Below, one piece after another: positions 14,501 through 28,532 of a DNA stretch of 64,000 nucleotides; the stretch's first letter is position 1; the number at the start of each line of letters is the position of its first letter. The notes below the pieces were generated by a model. The model ran no database searches, had not been told where the DNA came from, and worked only from the letters and a program-made list of their open reading frames with translations. Source of the stretch: Tubiluchus corallicola (lineage: Eukaryota > Animalia > Priapulida); assembly GCA_030141605.1 (NCBI GenBank), contig JAQGDQ010000192.1:310001-374000 (forward strand). Reading direction: 5' to 3'. The position numbers and the translations under genes were made by a program.

Positions 14501-15639
14501 AGTAAATGCTTCAGATGGGGATATCTCTGAATTGTGTGTGGTTTTGTTTTGTGGTGATTTTGTTTTTGCTTCTTTTTAAATAACTGAAATCATTAGATGC
14601 ATTAGCATTAAATCATCCTAACCATGCTGATTATATTCATCTATAATTGATGAATTGTAATTTGCCCCCCCCCTCAGAGTTATGAACATGGCTAGACTTT
14701 CTGCATTCTGTTAAACATCTTTTGTCACACTTGCTATAAGATAAAAATTGAAGAAAGTATTTCTTCAGATGGTTGATCAAACAAAAGTGAGTGATATTGT
14801 TCAGGATCGTGCCAAACAGCTTCCTGTGTCCAATCTGATTACATGTGTATTGTCTAATGACCCTCATGGTGTCAGTTTAGTTAATAAAACAACCTTATGA
14901 TATTATACAGCAATTCAAGCCAAAATTAATTGTTCCCATATTCTAAACAAATACGTCTGAAAATAGCTGCCCATTTATCTCCTTATTGTATGATATATGA
15001 CCAACTGTTGTTTGTTGAAAATGTTTTGACACTTGTTGTACACATATCACATTTTAATGTGTGTAGGTAGGTGCCGTGCTAAGAGCTCTTTCACTGTCTG
15101 ACTTATGTATTTTGCATACCTCAGATAATTTTATTTTTGCTAGCTGGAACTGCATGTAAAGACTGATTCGTGTAACTAAAAATATTGTGAGAAAAATACT
15201 TATTAGAAAAAATACTGATTATGCACATACTTCGTTTAAAGGGAAAGAAAAGGCAATTTTCAAGCATGTCCCAAAAAGCTTTCCAGACACAGTTATATTA
15301 CTTTGTATTTTGCTTAACTGCTTTAAAGACTTTGTAATTGGAAAAGAAAATGCTTAGTAATTTAAAATGTTTGTGCCAACTCATAAAATGTCACTGACTC
15401 ACTTTCCCAGAGTACACCACTGATTCACAGAAAAGTGTTTTTAATCGTATTGACAAGATACGGCATTTTGTACTTTTCCTTAGTTGGTGAAGTGTGTTAC
15501 GAATGCTGTGATCATTTTTTAATTCCATACTTGTTTAGAGGTAACAAATTTGTAATTTCATGGTTGTAGTTGACAAATACGTAGCTGTGCTCTTTTTGAT
15601 ATCTAGAGAGGATTTTCTATATTATTCCTAAATTAATAG

Positions 15640-15850
15640 ACAGCTCAATAAACACAAGATTCAAAGATAATGGCATCCAGATTTCAAACAAGTACTTCAA
15701 AAACGATGAGCAGGTTATTTCTTAACACATGCTTGGAAACTTAGCAAAGCAAAAAAGAGAAAATTGTTTATTATCTTTGTTGATTTTGCAAAAGCATACT
15801 ATGCTTTCCACATTACAAGCTATTTCAGGAACTATGTAAACTGGGATGGG
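15640..15850 (+). mobile_element. Decayed LINE reverse-transcriptase fragment
   Basis: KRKLFIIFVDFAKAY at about 15755-15800 matches the RT motif FxDxxKAFD; flanks are disrupted. Confidence 0.55.
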
Positions 15851-18800
15851 TTAGATTCAATCAGTGTACTACAATACTTTCTCTGTTCTGGATTCTGTTC
15901 AGTTTCAAATCAAGTAGTGAGTGCCTTTTAACTGTGGTCTGTTCTGTTTATTTGTTAACCTACTTATTAGATTGTTATCTGCCTTAAAGATGACATTTAC
16001 TATCATGACAAACGTGCTTTAATTAATCTGTAAGAATCCCTGTAAGAATTTGTTAAAGCTATGTAGAAAAGTTGAAGACATTTTGTATTAATCAAAGTTT
16101 GCAAATAAAAATGGTTCTAAAGATCAATTTTTTGACATTAGGAAAAATGCAGATGACAAAAAATTTGTCATGTTGTTGATTTCTGCGATATCTGAATGCC
16201 GCCTTCTGTGTTGATGGAAGATTTAAATCTTCCTTGCTAGATATGCTGTCTTAGAAATAGCACAGCAACTAAAATATTCATTCTTTGCATGAAAAACAAG
16301 GCAGTACTTTAGATCCTGCTGTAGTTTAGGTAACGACATTAGCAGTGTTAAGGTACAATTCCATGTGTACATAATGTGCAATGCATTAACGCGTGATCCG
16401 CTTTCACTCGAACATGATCACTATTGTCCGAACATGATCACTTTTGCCTGAATACGCATCACGCAGCAATACGCAGGAAACTGGTCTAGGTGATTTACCG
16501 AGCTTCAAGTTTCCAGTGATCATTTTAACTGATTGGCTTTCTCGAAATTCTGGTTAGGTGAGTTTGGTCCCTTCTTCCATTTGAGCTTTCGAGAGGTGAA
16601 CAAAGCATGTAATTATGTGTTATGAATCTAGTTGCAGTTCTTTCACTAAAATTAACGAATGCACATGCAATGGCATTGTTTTCTCTCCAGCCAAATTTTG
16701 TGCGCCCAAAACCTGCTATTCCTTTTCTGCCTGATAGTACGATAATAAGCTAATGCCATTGTTGTAATTATCACACTGAAATTTCGATATAGAGGCATCT
16801 CTTCCAAAAAACATTACACACAATTTTCACAAACATTAATCAGAAATGGCCGAAACGGCTCTGTGAGCTTTAGCTTTATTAATGCACATAACTTTCATGG
16901 ACATATGGAAAAAGTCAATACGAATCACGTATTACAGATCACATGCACATAGAGTTCTACCTTAAGTCACCGAATACATCATACATCAAATTGGTTATTC
17001 ATTATTTTTAAGCCAGTCAACTCAGAAAGACCTCTTACAGAAAGTGACTTCCCTTCTCTTGCATGGATTAACAGTCAAAACATTAGAATCATTTTGCAGA
17101 AGATCACAGCTACAAACTAAGAAAGACACAAAATTCTGATGAAAATCCTTTTTGTAGCTATATCTTATCTTCTGCTGAAAACCTAGTGGATGCTGGCAAA
17201 TGTGATTACAAAGAATTACTAACTTTGTTGGATGTAGCATGGTGGTTCTGTATGACTCTGTGGTGTCCAGTATGCACAGTATATGACAGCCGGCTGATCA
17301 TTTGTTCCACTTTAGCACTAGTTTACGGCTACTCCAGGGAAACCAAAAATGAAAATTATTTGGACCCAATGTTCTTTTAGCTTACAGAATTCATGTGAAA
17401 ACGTGAAAGTGTCAATATAGACCACGGCTCGTACAAGGTAGTGTTTGTGACTAGGGTCTCGTTCATGTTTACATGGTAAGAACACATCCTGTGCTGTGGC
17501 TCATAAACTAACCATGTTAAGAAAACATTTCTTTTAGGGATATAGATACAGGCTGTTTATTAAGTATTTTTACTTATGAAAACTCATAAACCATCAATTT
17601 TGTTTATGCGTGCTTTTAGTTGCTGCACACTCAGTGGAAAAATTCCTTGTCAAGTTGTGCTATACTCTTTCAATTTCATTTGGCAAATAAATAAATAAAT
17701 ATGTCAGTATTCGATACGAGTTGGTCCAATTTCTTAGACCAAGAGATTTGAAGACAAAAAAGGAGAAAGATGGGCAAGCCAATGAACTTTTACATTTGTT
17801 TAGACTAGCTTTTAATATTTCAGCGTCAAACACTTCCATAACTTTGCTAATCTCTTGAAATTGTGACTATATGTTCTAAATTAGTTATTAATGAAAAACC
17901 CAGAAGCATTTATAGCAGTGTACTACGGACACTGTTAAATTTGTCATGTACAATTTGACAACTAAAAATTTGATTCAGCTTTGTAAACTAGTGTCATCAA
18001 ATTTTGGATCACTGAATAATAATAGCTAGCCAGGCAGATTACAATAATTAGAAGAATAAAAATTGAGATCTGATGCGAATTTTTTGTATCTCCTCTTTTG
18101 AGGTGTTAATATTAATTTAGTTGCGCTTGGCAAGTACTGAAGAAATGCACTGATAACTTACACTTTGCGAGCGCTGTTTGCAGAAAATTACTGCTGATAT
18201 AAGTTATTTTATGATTTTTTTATCATTCACTAAGCCACCCTGCGCATCTGTTAGTGTTATATTTGTTGTAAGCCTCGTTTCAGTGCAGCTGTACAATGTA
18301 TTAAACTATGCAGCGAAGGTTGTCCTGACATTGAGTCCGGCTTTAGGTATGGGTGGCAGCAGCCATGGGAATAAGAAATAAGTAGCTATTATGAACAGAT
18401 TGCAGCATGCTGACTCGTTTTTTCTCTTACACGTAAGACGCATTTCATAGCAAATCCTCGCGGAAAATGCATATCACTGCCTGGGAGCATTTATTATTAC
18501 AGCCGTGGTTTTTCAGCGCTGCTACACAGGGCGATCTGCTGTTCTTGCTGAAGCCGAGTTTTCATGCTCAGCGAGCCAAGAGAAAATTTTCCAACTGTGT
18601 ACTGACTAAAAATACCTTACACAAAAATGGTTGCGGGGAAATCCGATCATAATGTACTGCATTAAAGGGGGTCTCTATGAGCTTGTAGCTTTGGTATTGT
18701 TCACTATAAATAAAGCTATCTTGCTGGTGAATCTGGTTTTGAGACGAGTGCTTTATCTGTCTGAAGGTGATGGTAAAAGGCAGTCGTTGTTTAGTGTAAC

Positions 18801-19917
18801 AACGGTCAGGGCAAACCAAGGACAGCAAAATCCTTGTGAAATTGATAAAGAATGAGCTCAAAAACTATACCGCTTTGCCATTAATAATCCCATTATTCAT
18901 ACAACTGTTTAGCGCTCACATTCTTAAGCAATAGTGCATTTAATTAGTTTAGAAAAATGGTTAGGTAAAATTCATCTCAACTGAAAGACTCGCTGCCTGC
19001 AGTATCTACACTAAAAAGTGGTACAGCTAAATATAACCATAGTGTAGCACATTTCAAGGGCAAATGTCCACGAGATACATTTTAAAAGGTCAATTTGCAT
19101 GAGAAGTAGAATGAAGTCTAAATCATGAAGCGTAGATAAATAGGGAGGTTGCAAGATATTGTTAGAAATGTGGCTTCCTCATTTAGATTTTGTTTGATAA
19201 TTTTGTGATTAATATGTGTTTGTAATATAGCTTTCTCCTTTTGGTTTTGTTTGATAGTTATGTGAGCAATATGTGTTTGTAAGGCATCAAGAGGTAGTCT
19301 CGTCAAACATTTACAATTATTCTTGTGAACTGTGATTGTTGGTCTCTATTAACAGCCAGTTTGTGTTATTGTTTTTGTTTTTTTTGGAGAAGACATGTTT
19401 TGCAAACATCCAGATTGTTGGTTTAAGAACCTTTTTCTTTTAGTCCATCTGTTAGCAATTTTGTTAGGAAAAGGACTGACAAAATCGCCAAAATCACACC
19501 TGTTAGAGAGAAATTAAGTACACTTTATGTATTTGGTATTCTTGCCCACTATTTTTGCATAGTTTAACCTTGAAACCACATTGAATCTATGATTACATAA
19601 CTTAGCTCAACTTACGAAGCCAATGGCTTCTTCGCAGTGTATTATTGGGTATACTTTACATGTTTTCAACCAAAAGGTCAAGTCTTCATCTCACTCCCAA
19701 TCCCAGTAATTCTACCTCAATCCCTAACCGTTTGAAAATATTGGTAACAAAATTTAGTTCTCTGTCTGCTGGAGCTCTGCTTTAGTAAGGCAGATAAAAC
19801 CACCACTGCATTGCAGTCCTATGATCTTACCAACCTCAAAACAAACTTTTTTGAAAAAAGCTAAAGTGCAACAAGTATAAATAGAATGCCATGTATGGAA
19901 ACCATGACTGATAGTTC

Positions 19918-20030
19918 AAACCTCTATTACTAATATTTATAGGGTATAATTGTTGTAGTGATTGTAGTCTAGTAGTTAAACCTCTAGTACTGATAGGTAT
20001 ATGGTATAATAGTTGTAGTGATTGTAGTCA
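19918..20030. repeat. Two-copy tandem repeat, period 60 nt
   Basis: aaacctcta...ggtataat.gttgtagtgattgtagtc occurs twice. Confidence 0.8.
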
Positions 20031-20322
20031 AACTTACAAAGAGTCAAAGTTTAAGAGTGCATTGTTTTTAATTATTGCAGTAATATAGTGGCCATTATGA
20101 TGGAGCTACAACTATATTGTATCACTTTATAAGTTTGTGTGATTTGTTTGGTTGGTTGTAATATGTAAAACATTTGATAAATGTAAACCTCTAAATCACA
20201 TCTAGCAATATGTAAAGAAGTAAATCTACTTCTAAAACTGTTGAATTATATCAGAAGAATTCATAAATTTTTTGCTGAATTTGTGAAAATGTTCATTATG
20301 TTTATTTATGCTTTTTACACAG

Positions 20323-20405
20323 GTAAAGCTTTATGGGAACTCATCTTGGAGCAGTTTAATGATCTGTTAGTCAAAATTTTATTATTAGCAGCTGTTATAT
20401 CTTTT
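20323..20405 (+). CDS. SERCA: SERCA exon 3a ([28 protein letters not shown]), canonical-like copy
   Basis: 83 nt, ag|...|gtaagt, phase 1 to 0, M1 helix. Confidence 0.95.
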
Positions 20406-21672
20406 GTAAGTATCTGTATGTAAAACTTGTTTAAACACGTTTGCTGCATGTGCTCATACTTTTATATCATTTTTCAGTATGAAAATAAATCAAAGTAGTT
20501 TTTTTAAGACCGGCTATATTAAAGAACTACTTTTAAATGTACTTCTACTTTTTTTGCATTTTTGATTATTTAGCACCCTATAAATTTTAATTCAATTTGA
20601 AATTTTGTCAAATATTAATGTTGTCCACATTTTTTCACGTGCTTGGAGAGTTGAGTTGAAATGCAACTTTATTGCCTTTTAAGCATTGTGTCCGGCCTGC
20701 ACCGTTTTCATGTCTGGGCTCATTTGCTTTCTTTTCAATTACATTTTGCTTATTGGTACTTTTCACGGTGTTCCTGTTGGGATGTGTGTGCAACGAAATA
20801 GAATTTTGCTTATTATTTTCCCATGTCTTTGGTCACCAGCTGTGGTACTTTTTGCATCAGCTGATACCCATTTCCTGTGGATCTTCTGCTCCGTCGTCTG
20901 GCATATTTTACGTGCTGTCATAAATTTGTGGCTTCGACACGCTGTGTAATTTTTAGAATATTGACAAGATTTTATTTGTGGAACACATCAAGATTTCGAA
21001 AGCCGTTCTCGTGCTTGGCTTGCTTGCATAAATAGTAAAACGATCTAAAACAGGAAATTTTAGCAGTCTTGCAAAGAAAGTGTGACGTTTTAAATAAATA
21101 GTTTTTTGCTGTTGTAGAAGGAAACAGATTTTCTGTTGTTCTTGCGCAATTTCTTGTGCAGTCAGAAGCTGCATGATGGGGTACCGATAAAAAATTTTGT
21201 GGTGCACTACAGATGGACACTCGTGTTGCTAACTGGACAGCTACATGGGTTTTGACTTTCAAATTTCCATCTAAAACTGCCATCTTGACGTTTGTCTGCT
21301 CTCCTCTCGTTCTTATGAAATGCTGAAAAACTGGAAAAGAATCCTTGCATCTAAAAAGCATTTTAGATGGCTTTTTTCAGTTAATCAGTATGTTCTTTCT
21401 CGCATATAGGCTATGGCTGTGACATCTGATCTGTTGAGTTTGAATGAAATCGCCGTTTTAATAAACTGCCTAGAAAATTAGTGTAACATTTTCCATGTAC
21501 AACTTGCACTACAAGGTTGACAATAAATTTATGTAACGGAAAAAATTTACGTAACATAAAGGTAGAGGTGCAGTCGCAATTTCAAGAAACCGGTTTTGTA
21601 AAATATGAGCACATGTCAGAAAACGTGTAGTTGTCGGAATTAGTTTTTCACTGAAATTTTTTGATTTTGCAG

Positions 21673-21755
21673 CCACTCCACTGTGGAAGCTATTTCTTAA
21701 CCAGTTTCTACAACCGCTGCCGCGCATTTTGCTATTGTCGGCTTTTATCTCATTT
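21673..21755 (+). CDS. SERCA: SERCA exon 3b (ATPLWKLFLNQFLQPLPRILLLSAFISF), alternative duplicated copy
   Basis: 83 nt, ttttttgattttgcag|...|gtgagt, same phases as 3a, 15/28 aa identical to 3a, no stop or indel. Confidence 0.88.
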
Positions 21756-23591
21756 GTGAGTATGTTCAAACGAGAAAGATTGGCCAAAATATCGAATTTT
21801 TTAAACAGAATTCGTGTCACTTTGGTTGACGTTGTGCAAATTACAAACTTTACAAATGAAATATCTACTCATTTGGCTTATGTATTCAAAACTTCTTCAA
21901 GTACTTGATTTAACGTTGCAGTTGGCCAATCTTTAGACCCGACCTGTGAACAGATGCTGCAGTTTTTTTCAACTCAATCTCGCCTTTTCTGCTATTGTCA
22001 TTATACGTAGTTGCGTTGATACTTTGCGAGACTGGTTAAGCTACTGCTTTCTCTTCTATGCATCTATATTCTAAACCTCTGGTTTCTAATATTACCTCGA
22101 TAAAAGTTTATGACGCATACTTGACACTTATTTTTAAACCTATCTTTCGCATTATGGTGGTAAAAAGGTATTAATCGTATCTAATCGTGTCAGGTTAAAG
22201 CAGAATTTCCGTGGCAGTTTAGCTGCTGGTTTAACATACCGCTGTGCTATCTTGCGGCACCTATTTTTATTTCCCTGAATCCTGCTTTGCATTTTTTTAA
22301 TACTTTGCTTTCGAATACTGATTATATAAAATTCAAAGCAGATTTTCATGTATCTAGGTAAAGTGTGAATGCCAGTTGTGTAAAATTACATTTTTTGTGG
22401 GCCAACCATGAAACTTCGATAGCATTCCAGGCTGTACCTATTTTACCTGTTGAGGAAAGATAGTTCCTGGTTGCTGAAGTGGGCCTATTTTATCGATGGC
22501 GTTTTGGAATATGTCTAATTTATTTCAGCAGCCATTTTTTTCTAACTAATTATGTTTTACCAATTGACTTGCAACAAGAATGAGTGAGTAAAAATGTAAA
22601 AGGGACAATTTAGTTGACTTCTCTTAAATTATTTTTATGTTGCAGGACCTTGCTCTATGTTACACACTACAGTGTTTATACTGGTGCATTTTTATTTCTT
22701 ACATAGTGTTTCAATGTTTTGTGTTTACAGATTTTTTTATATATACGGTCACAATGTTAAATTTTATTTTGGCATTTTAAGACACTTATAAATTAGTGTG
22801 GATTTTATTGCTTTGGTGTATTATCATTATTCCTGTGTGCTATAAGACGTCTTTTGTTCATTGTTTATGTATGGTTGGTGAAATTATAAGATTTGAAACT
22901 ATTTCTATTAAAAAACATATGTACCCTATATTTCAAGTTTCTAGATAATACAATATTTCAGTTTAATTGTCAAAATCCATGATTTACACCCACACATTCA
23001 GTGCCTAAAGACTCTAGTTTTGTTCATACCGCAAACATACTTGCATTCACCGTACTGTCATTTGTGGGCAGATTATTGAAGTTACTTAGTAGCTTGAAAA
23101 TGTTCTTCCATTGCAGTCTAATTGAGGTTATGAATTATACATTTTTATTAAAATTTTGATTAAAACGTTTGTTCAGTTTAAAATTATAAGTTTGAAATTC
23201 AGATACAGTACCTACTTTGCTCGTTTTTTTTGTTGCTTACCGACTGAACTTTTCAACTTCTCATGTTATGTCCTCTCAATACCAAATTTTTCTTAAATAA
23301 CAGTGACCAAACATGATTTTTTTGTCTGCAAGTTTAAACTATTTGAGTGATTCGAATTAGAAAGCATCATAATTTTGAAGATTTCCAAACTGCTACGGTA
23401 AATGCATTTAAAAATTATTTATGGTAATACTAAATTGTAATTGTTGCAAAACCTTTTCAGTGTGCATATGCTAGCAATAAGGTGCACACTTCTTAATTGT
23501 TTAACTAATGCAAAGTGTAATTTCTTAAAATGTAATTTTTTGTTTTGTTATGTTACATCATAAAGTATTTTTGTGTTTGTTTTCCATATAG

Positions 23592-23702
<111 letters not shown>

Positions 23703-24506
23703 TGAAATTTACTTTGCTAAATGGGTTGTATTGTTTATTAATGAATGTATGATATGACAGTTAATCCAATGGATAACTAAACCTTTGTCTAAATGGAACA
23801 TGTTAAAAGTTACGTTACTGAGAAATAATCTTTTCACAGTTCCAGCAATTGATGATGATCGTGAAATGGTCAAAGGTTATATGAACCAGACAATGCATTT
23901 GTGTACAGTTGACAAGGCTATCAGCCCAGCCCATGCTGTTGTAACCTAGTTCATTTTTCTTGTTCCCAAGCAAAATTCTGGTAGTAAATCACTCTACATC
24001 ACACATACTAAAACATAATTAAGCAAAGTCCATGTAACACAACTGAAGTTACTGAACTGATGCCACAGATGGCTTTGCTTTACCCACACGTCTTGTGGCG
24101 GTTGTAGTTAAGATGCGTTGCTCTGGTTAACTTAAGCTTTGACGTGCAACAACTGTGTGCGCGCACAACGAAACGTGAACAGGCTTATTGTTTATTTTTA
24201 TTTTTTTCTACATAGCAAATTGGCTCACAAATGCTAAAATATTGATGTGTATCTGTGATTTACAAGCATAAAGTTTTTGTTTTGTGATGATTTTGCAAAA
24301 GTGGCAGCTGTTGTAAAATTTCCTGTATTAAATTTTGAAAACTGACTTCTTTGTGATTTAATATTAAACTTTTATTGAACAAATGAAAAATCCGTTAAAA
24401 AAATTAAACACTAACGTGTACAACATAAAAAGTCAGCAAGATTAAGAGAGTGGCTATCTGACATCTGTCTTGTGGTCAGTGTAAAATCACAAAAATGTGC
24501 AGCTAA

Positions 24507-24782
<276 letters not shown>

Positions 24783-25459
24783 TGAAGTGTTCATCTATAG
24801 AGAAATCATTAATGTGATTGTAAACTTAAAAATATCTGATAAGAGTAACAATGTTTCACTTTATAACCTTGAAATATCCTGAAATAATACTCTGTTCCAC
24901 ACTATGAAAAGAAAATGATATACATTTGGTACACTACATATCAACCTAATTTTTCTTTTCGATAATTGCTATGAACTACAACTATTATACAGATAAGTAA
25001 ATGATGGCAAGGAAGAGGGTCCCATAATGCTAAACCTTCCCTGCCAGGAAACAAAATGAAATCTCAAAATACATTCTCCGCAATTGTCTCAGCAAGTGTC
25101 TGGAAAAATGATGCTTCATCTTCACATGTTTTGTTTTTGAGCTGTCATTATATTGGATAAATAATGTGTTGACATAACATACATACTTAACTTTTGGTCT
25201 GGCTGGTATTAAGCTAATTCCCAGCACAAGAGAAATTAATGGAGACCCTAATTATGTAAAAATACTCTGTTGTGCATGAACAAAATTATCAAAACTAACA
25301 CAAATCAGATTGACAACTACATTTTAAGCTATAGCTACGATGAGTACTACAGATCTTTTTACTTATACACATGATATGGTTTAGTTTTAAAACATGGAGT
25401 TACAGTCAGAACATTTACATATTTCTACCTTAGTCAACTAATTAAAACCATGCATCTGA

Positions 25460-25702
<243 letters not shown>

Positions 25703-27005
25703 TAGAATTCTAAATGTAGTGAAAATGAAATACTTAATAATGCAAGTAGAATAAATTATTAATAGCACTAATGTCCATATTTAAATAAACTTACATATTA
25801 ACGATATCTGTTACAGTATATTAGTACATTACCAGTTGTGGGTTTTATTGTAAATTAATTTGAGTTTTATGACTTTGGCGGAAAAATCAGTTCTAAACAA
25901 AAATGTGGCTTTAATAGTACAGAGCATAGACTAGACAACAAGCTATCTGTTGCTGAGTTTAACTTTAGTGCCTCAATGTCTTGTTTTCCTAGAAGTTGTC
26001 CTTCCCGGAGGCTATCTGGGTGTCAAGTTTGTACATTTGTTGCCAACCGTTTTCTTATAATATTTTTTGGTCTTAGACAGTAATGAAACTGAGGTGCTTT
26101 CTGTAACTCCATAGAATAGAAAATGCCATTCCATTTATTATTTCTTATTAAATTATGCTTCATTGTGACAATTAAGTTGAGTTATTGTTTTGAATAATTA
26201 ATAAGAATACTCAGGTGGAATTAGCGTGCTACACTCATTGATAATGTGGCTGTTTTCCAGTTATTACTTTTTATTATTACAGGTTATTTCTAAAGTGACA
26301 TTTTTTATTACTGCTTCTTGAGACATAAGTGTAGTTCATTAATATACATGTATTTGCAAAGTGGTCTGTTATGTGATTCTTCTATTTTAGGTGATTCACC
26401 TATTTTTTCACTTTGATCATAGCATGCTTCTGTATAAATGTGTTTCCACGAACTTTTAGTGGGTTAATGTGGAGGTGAACACAGATTAAGATTTTTGTGA
26501 CATCGCTCTTTGTTTTTTGCTTTGAGCTAAAACAAAGCATACTATAGAGTGAAATATTACCATTATTTAGGAATGATTGCAATCCTAGGAAGCTGTACTT
26601 ATTGTTAACTAATTAAATGATGTTAACAACCTTTTATACTGCCAATAGTTATGTAAGTAAGGAATCTTTAAAATTGCAAGTAATGGCAAAGATATTGAGA
26701 CAAATCCATACCTGCTGATTTGCTGTTTTGTTTTAGAAACATAGCAGCAAAATTACAAACTGCTGTCAAATTTGTGCTCACCTCATGCTGGTAGCTAATG
26801 TCATATTTATAAGAGCTTTCTGCCCATGAGCAACCACATCTTCTTTTAAATATTTCTATTTATCTTTTTGTATACATTATTTTACACAAGTGTAATTTAT
26901 TTTGATTTCCATGCATAGTGTCTGCTTGAATAATGTGTAATTTATTTCCAGTTTTAATGCACATTGCCTGCATTATATTCTTTAAAAGATAAATAAATAA
27001 ATTAA

Positions 27006-27107
<102 letters not shown>

Positions 27108-28279
27108 TGATAAGCTGACAACTGGGCCTCTGTACATGCGCATGCCTTATATTGGCTACGGTAGAAAATGAAATTTGTGGAACAGAGGTTAATTTTGTAA
27201 TTTTGATGATTACACTGTGAGCAAACAAGGTTAAGAAACGAAAGTCATTTCATGGTAACTTATTCACCATGCTTACCATGCGGTGTTTTTTCAAAAATGT
27301 AATTTTTGTTTTTCGAGTTGATACAAAAACGTTTTAGTTTTTCTTTGAATTTTGTAAATTCGATAATTAAAGTTGGAAATAAAACTTGTCACCATTTCCT
27401 ATTTTTTGTAATGTAAAGAATAAGAAGTGGTAACAACAAGGTCTGCACTTTTCATTTCAAAGATACTCAATGATTTCATGGGTATTGTTTAGGACATAGC
27501 ACAAACACTGAAGAATTTCGTGGAAATTACATGTGATTGTTAACGTCTCTGCCAAAAAAGTATATTATTTAAGTGTTAATGAAATGAGCTTTTGTCACCT
27601 TTTCCACTCTTTTTGAATTTATTTAATAGGTCTGTAAACCTTAAGAAAAATCCTTTTTAAGGTCAATTCACAAACATCTCACAATCATGAATTTTTGTCA
27701 TTTTCTATTAAAAATAACAGTGTTTTTGCTGAACTCTAGTAGTTCATCAGGTATGAAGAAAAATGTTACTTTATGGTGACCTGCTAGTGTACAGTAGGAA
27801 TGTTGCTATCTTTTAATAAAAAAATGATGACAAATTTGGTGGTTATTGTGGGACATTTAACAAATTGACTCCGTTCTGGTTATATTTAGAATTTGAAAAC
27901 TATGTCTCATAATCATCAAAATATTAATAACCTCTGCTTCCTACAAATGACAGCTTCTCTGGTGCACACTGACACGTTAAGGCATGTATTAGAGTCTAGA
28001 CGTCACGGCAATAAGGCGGACAAATTTTCATTGTTCTTACACTTAAAAAAGTGTCCAAGAATCTTGAAAATTTGCATAATAACAGTAGAGCTTCTAGTGT
28101 TACTATCTGTAGATAAAACTTCGTTTCCTTTACAGAATTGCATGTGTTCTCGTGGTGGTGGAATTCTTCTTGCTTCTTCTTTTTTGTTTCACACGGGACA
28201 GTGGACATTAAGTTTCCGTATTTTTATGTGTCCGTAATAATGTTTCGCTTTTAACATGTTAGTTTCTGATTGTTGTTAA

Positions 28280-28387
<108 letters not shown>

Positions 28388-28457
28388 TGAAGTGTGACGA
28401 ATTTTTCACTTTTGAGACTTTGTTTCGAGTTTATCCTCTACTATTTTGTGTTGTTAT

Positions 28458-28532
28458 GCCTTGTGCAAATTTTGATTATGCAGTTTTACCTTGTGCAAAA
28501 TTTTGATTATGCAGTTTTACCTTGTGCAAATT
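28458..28532. repeat. Tandem repeat, period about 31-32 nt, just downstream of exon 7b
   Basis: ccttgtgcaaatttttgattatgcagtttta twice plus a partial third copy. Confidence 0.8.

Noticed and set aside
20672-20949. Hydrophobic small ORFs as candidate sarcolamban/phospholamban-like micropeptides
   Set aside because: Hydrophobicity follows from T-rich sequence, two overlapping frames look alike, and there is no regulin-like motif or transcript signal.
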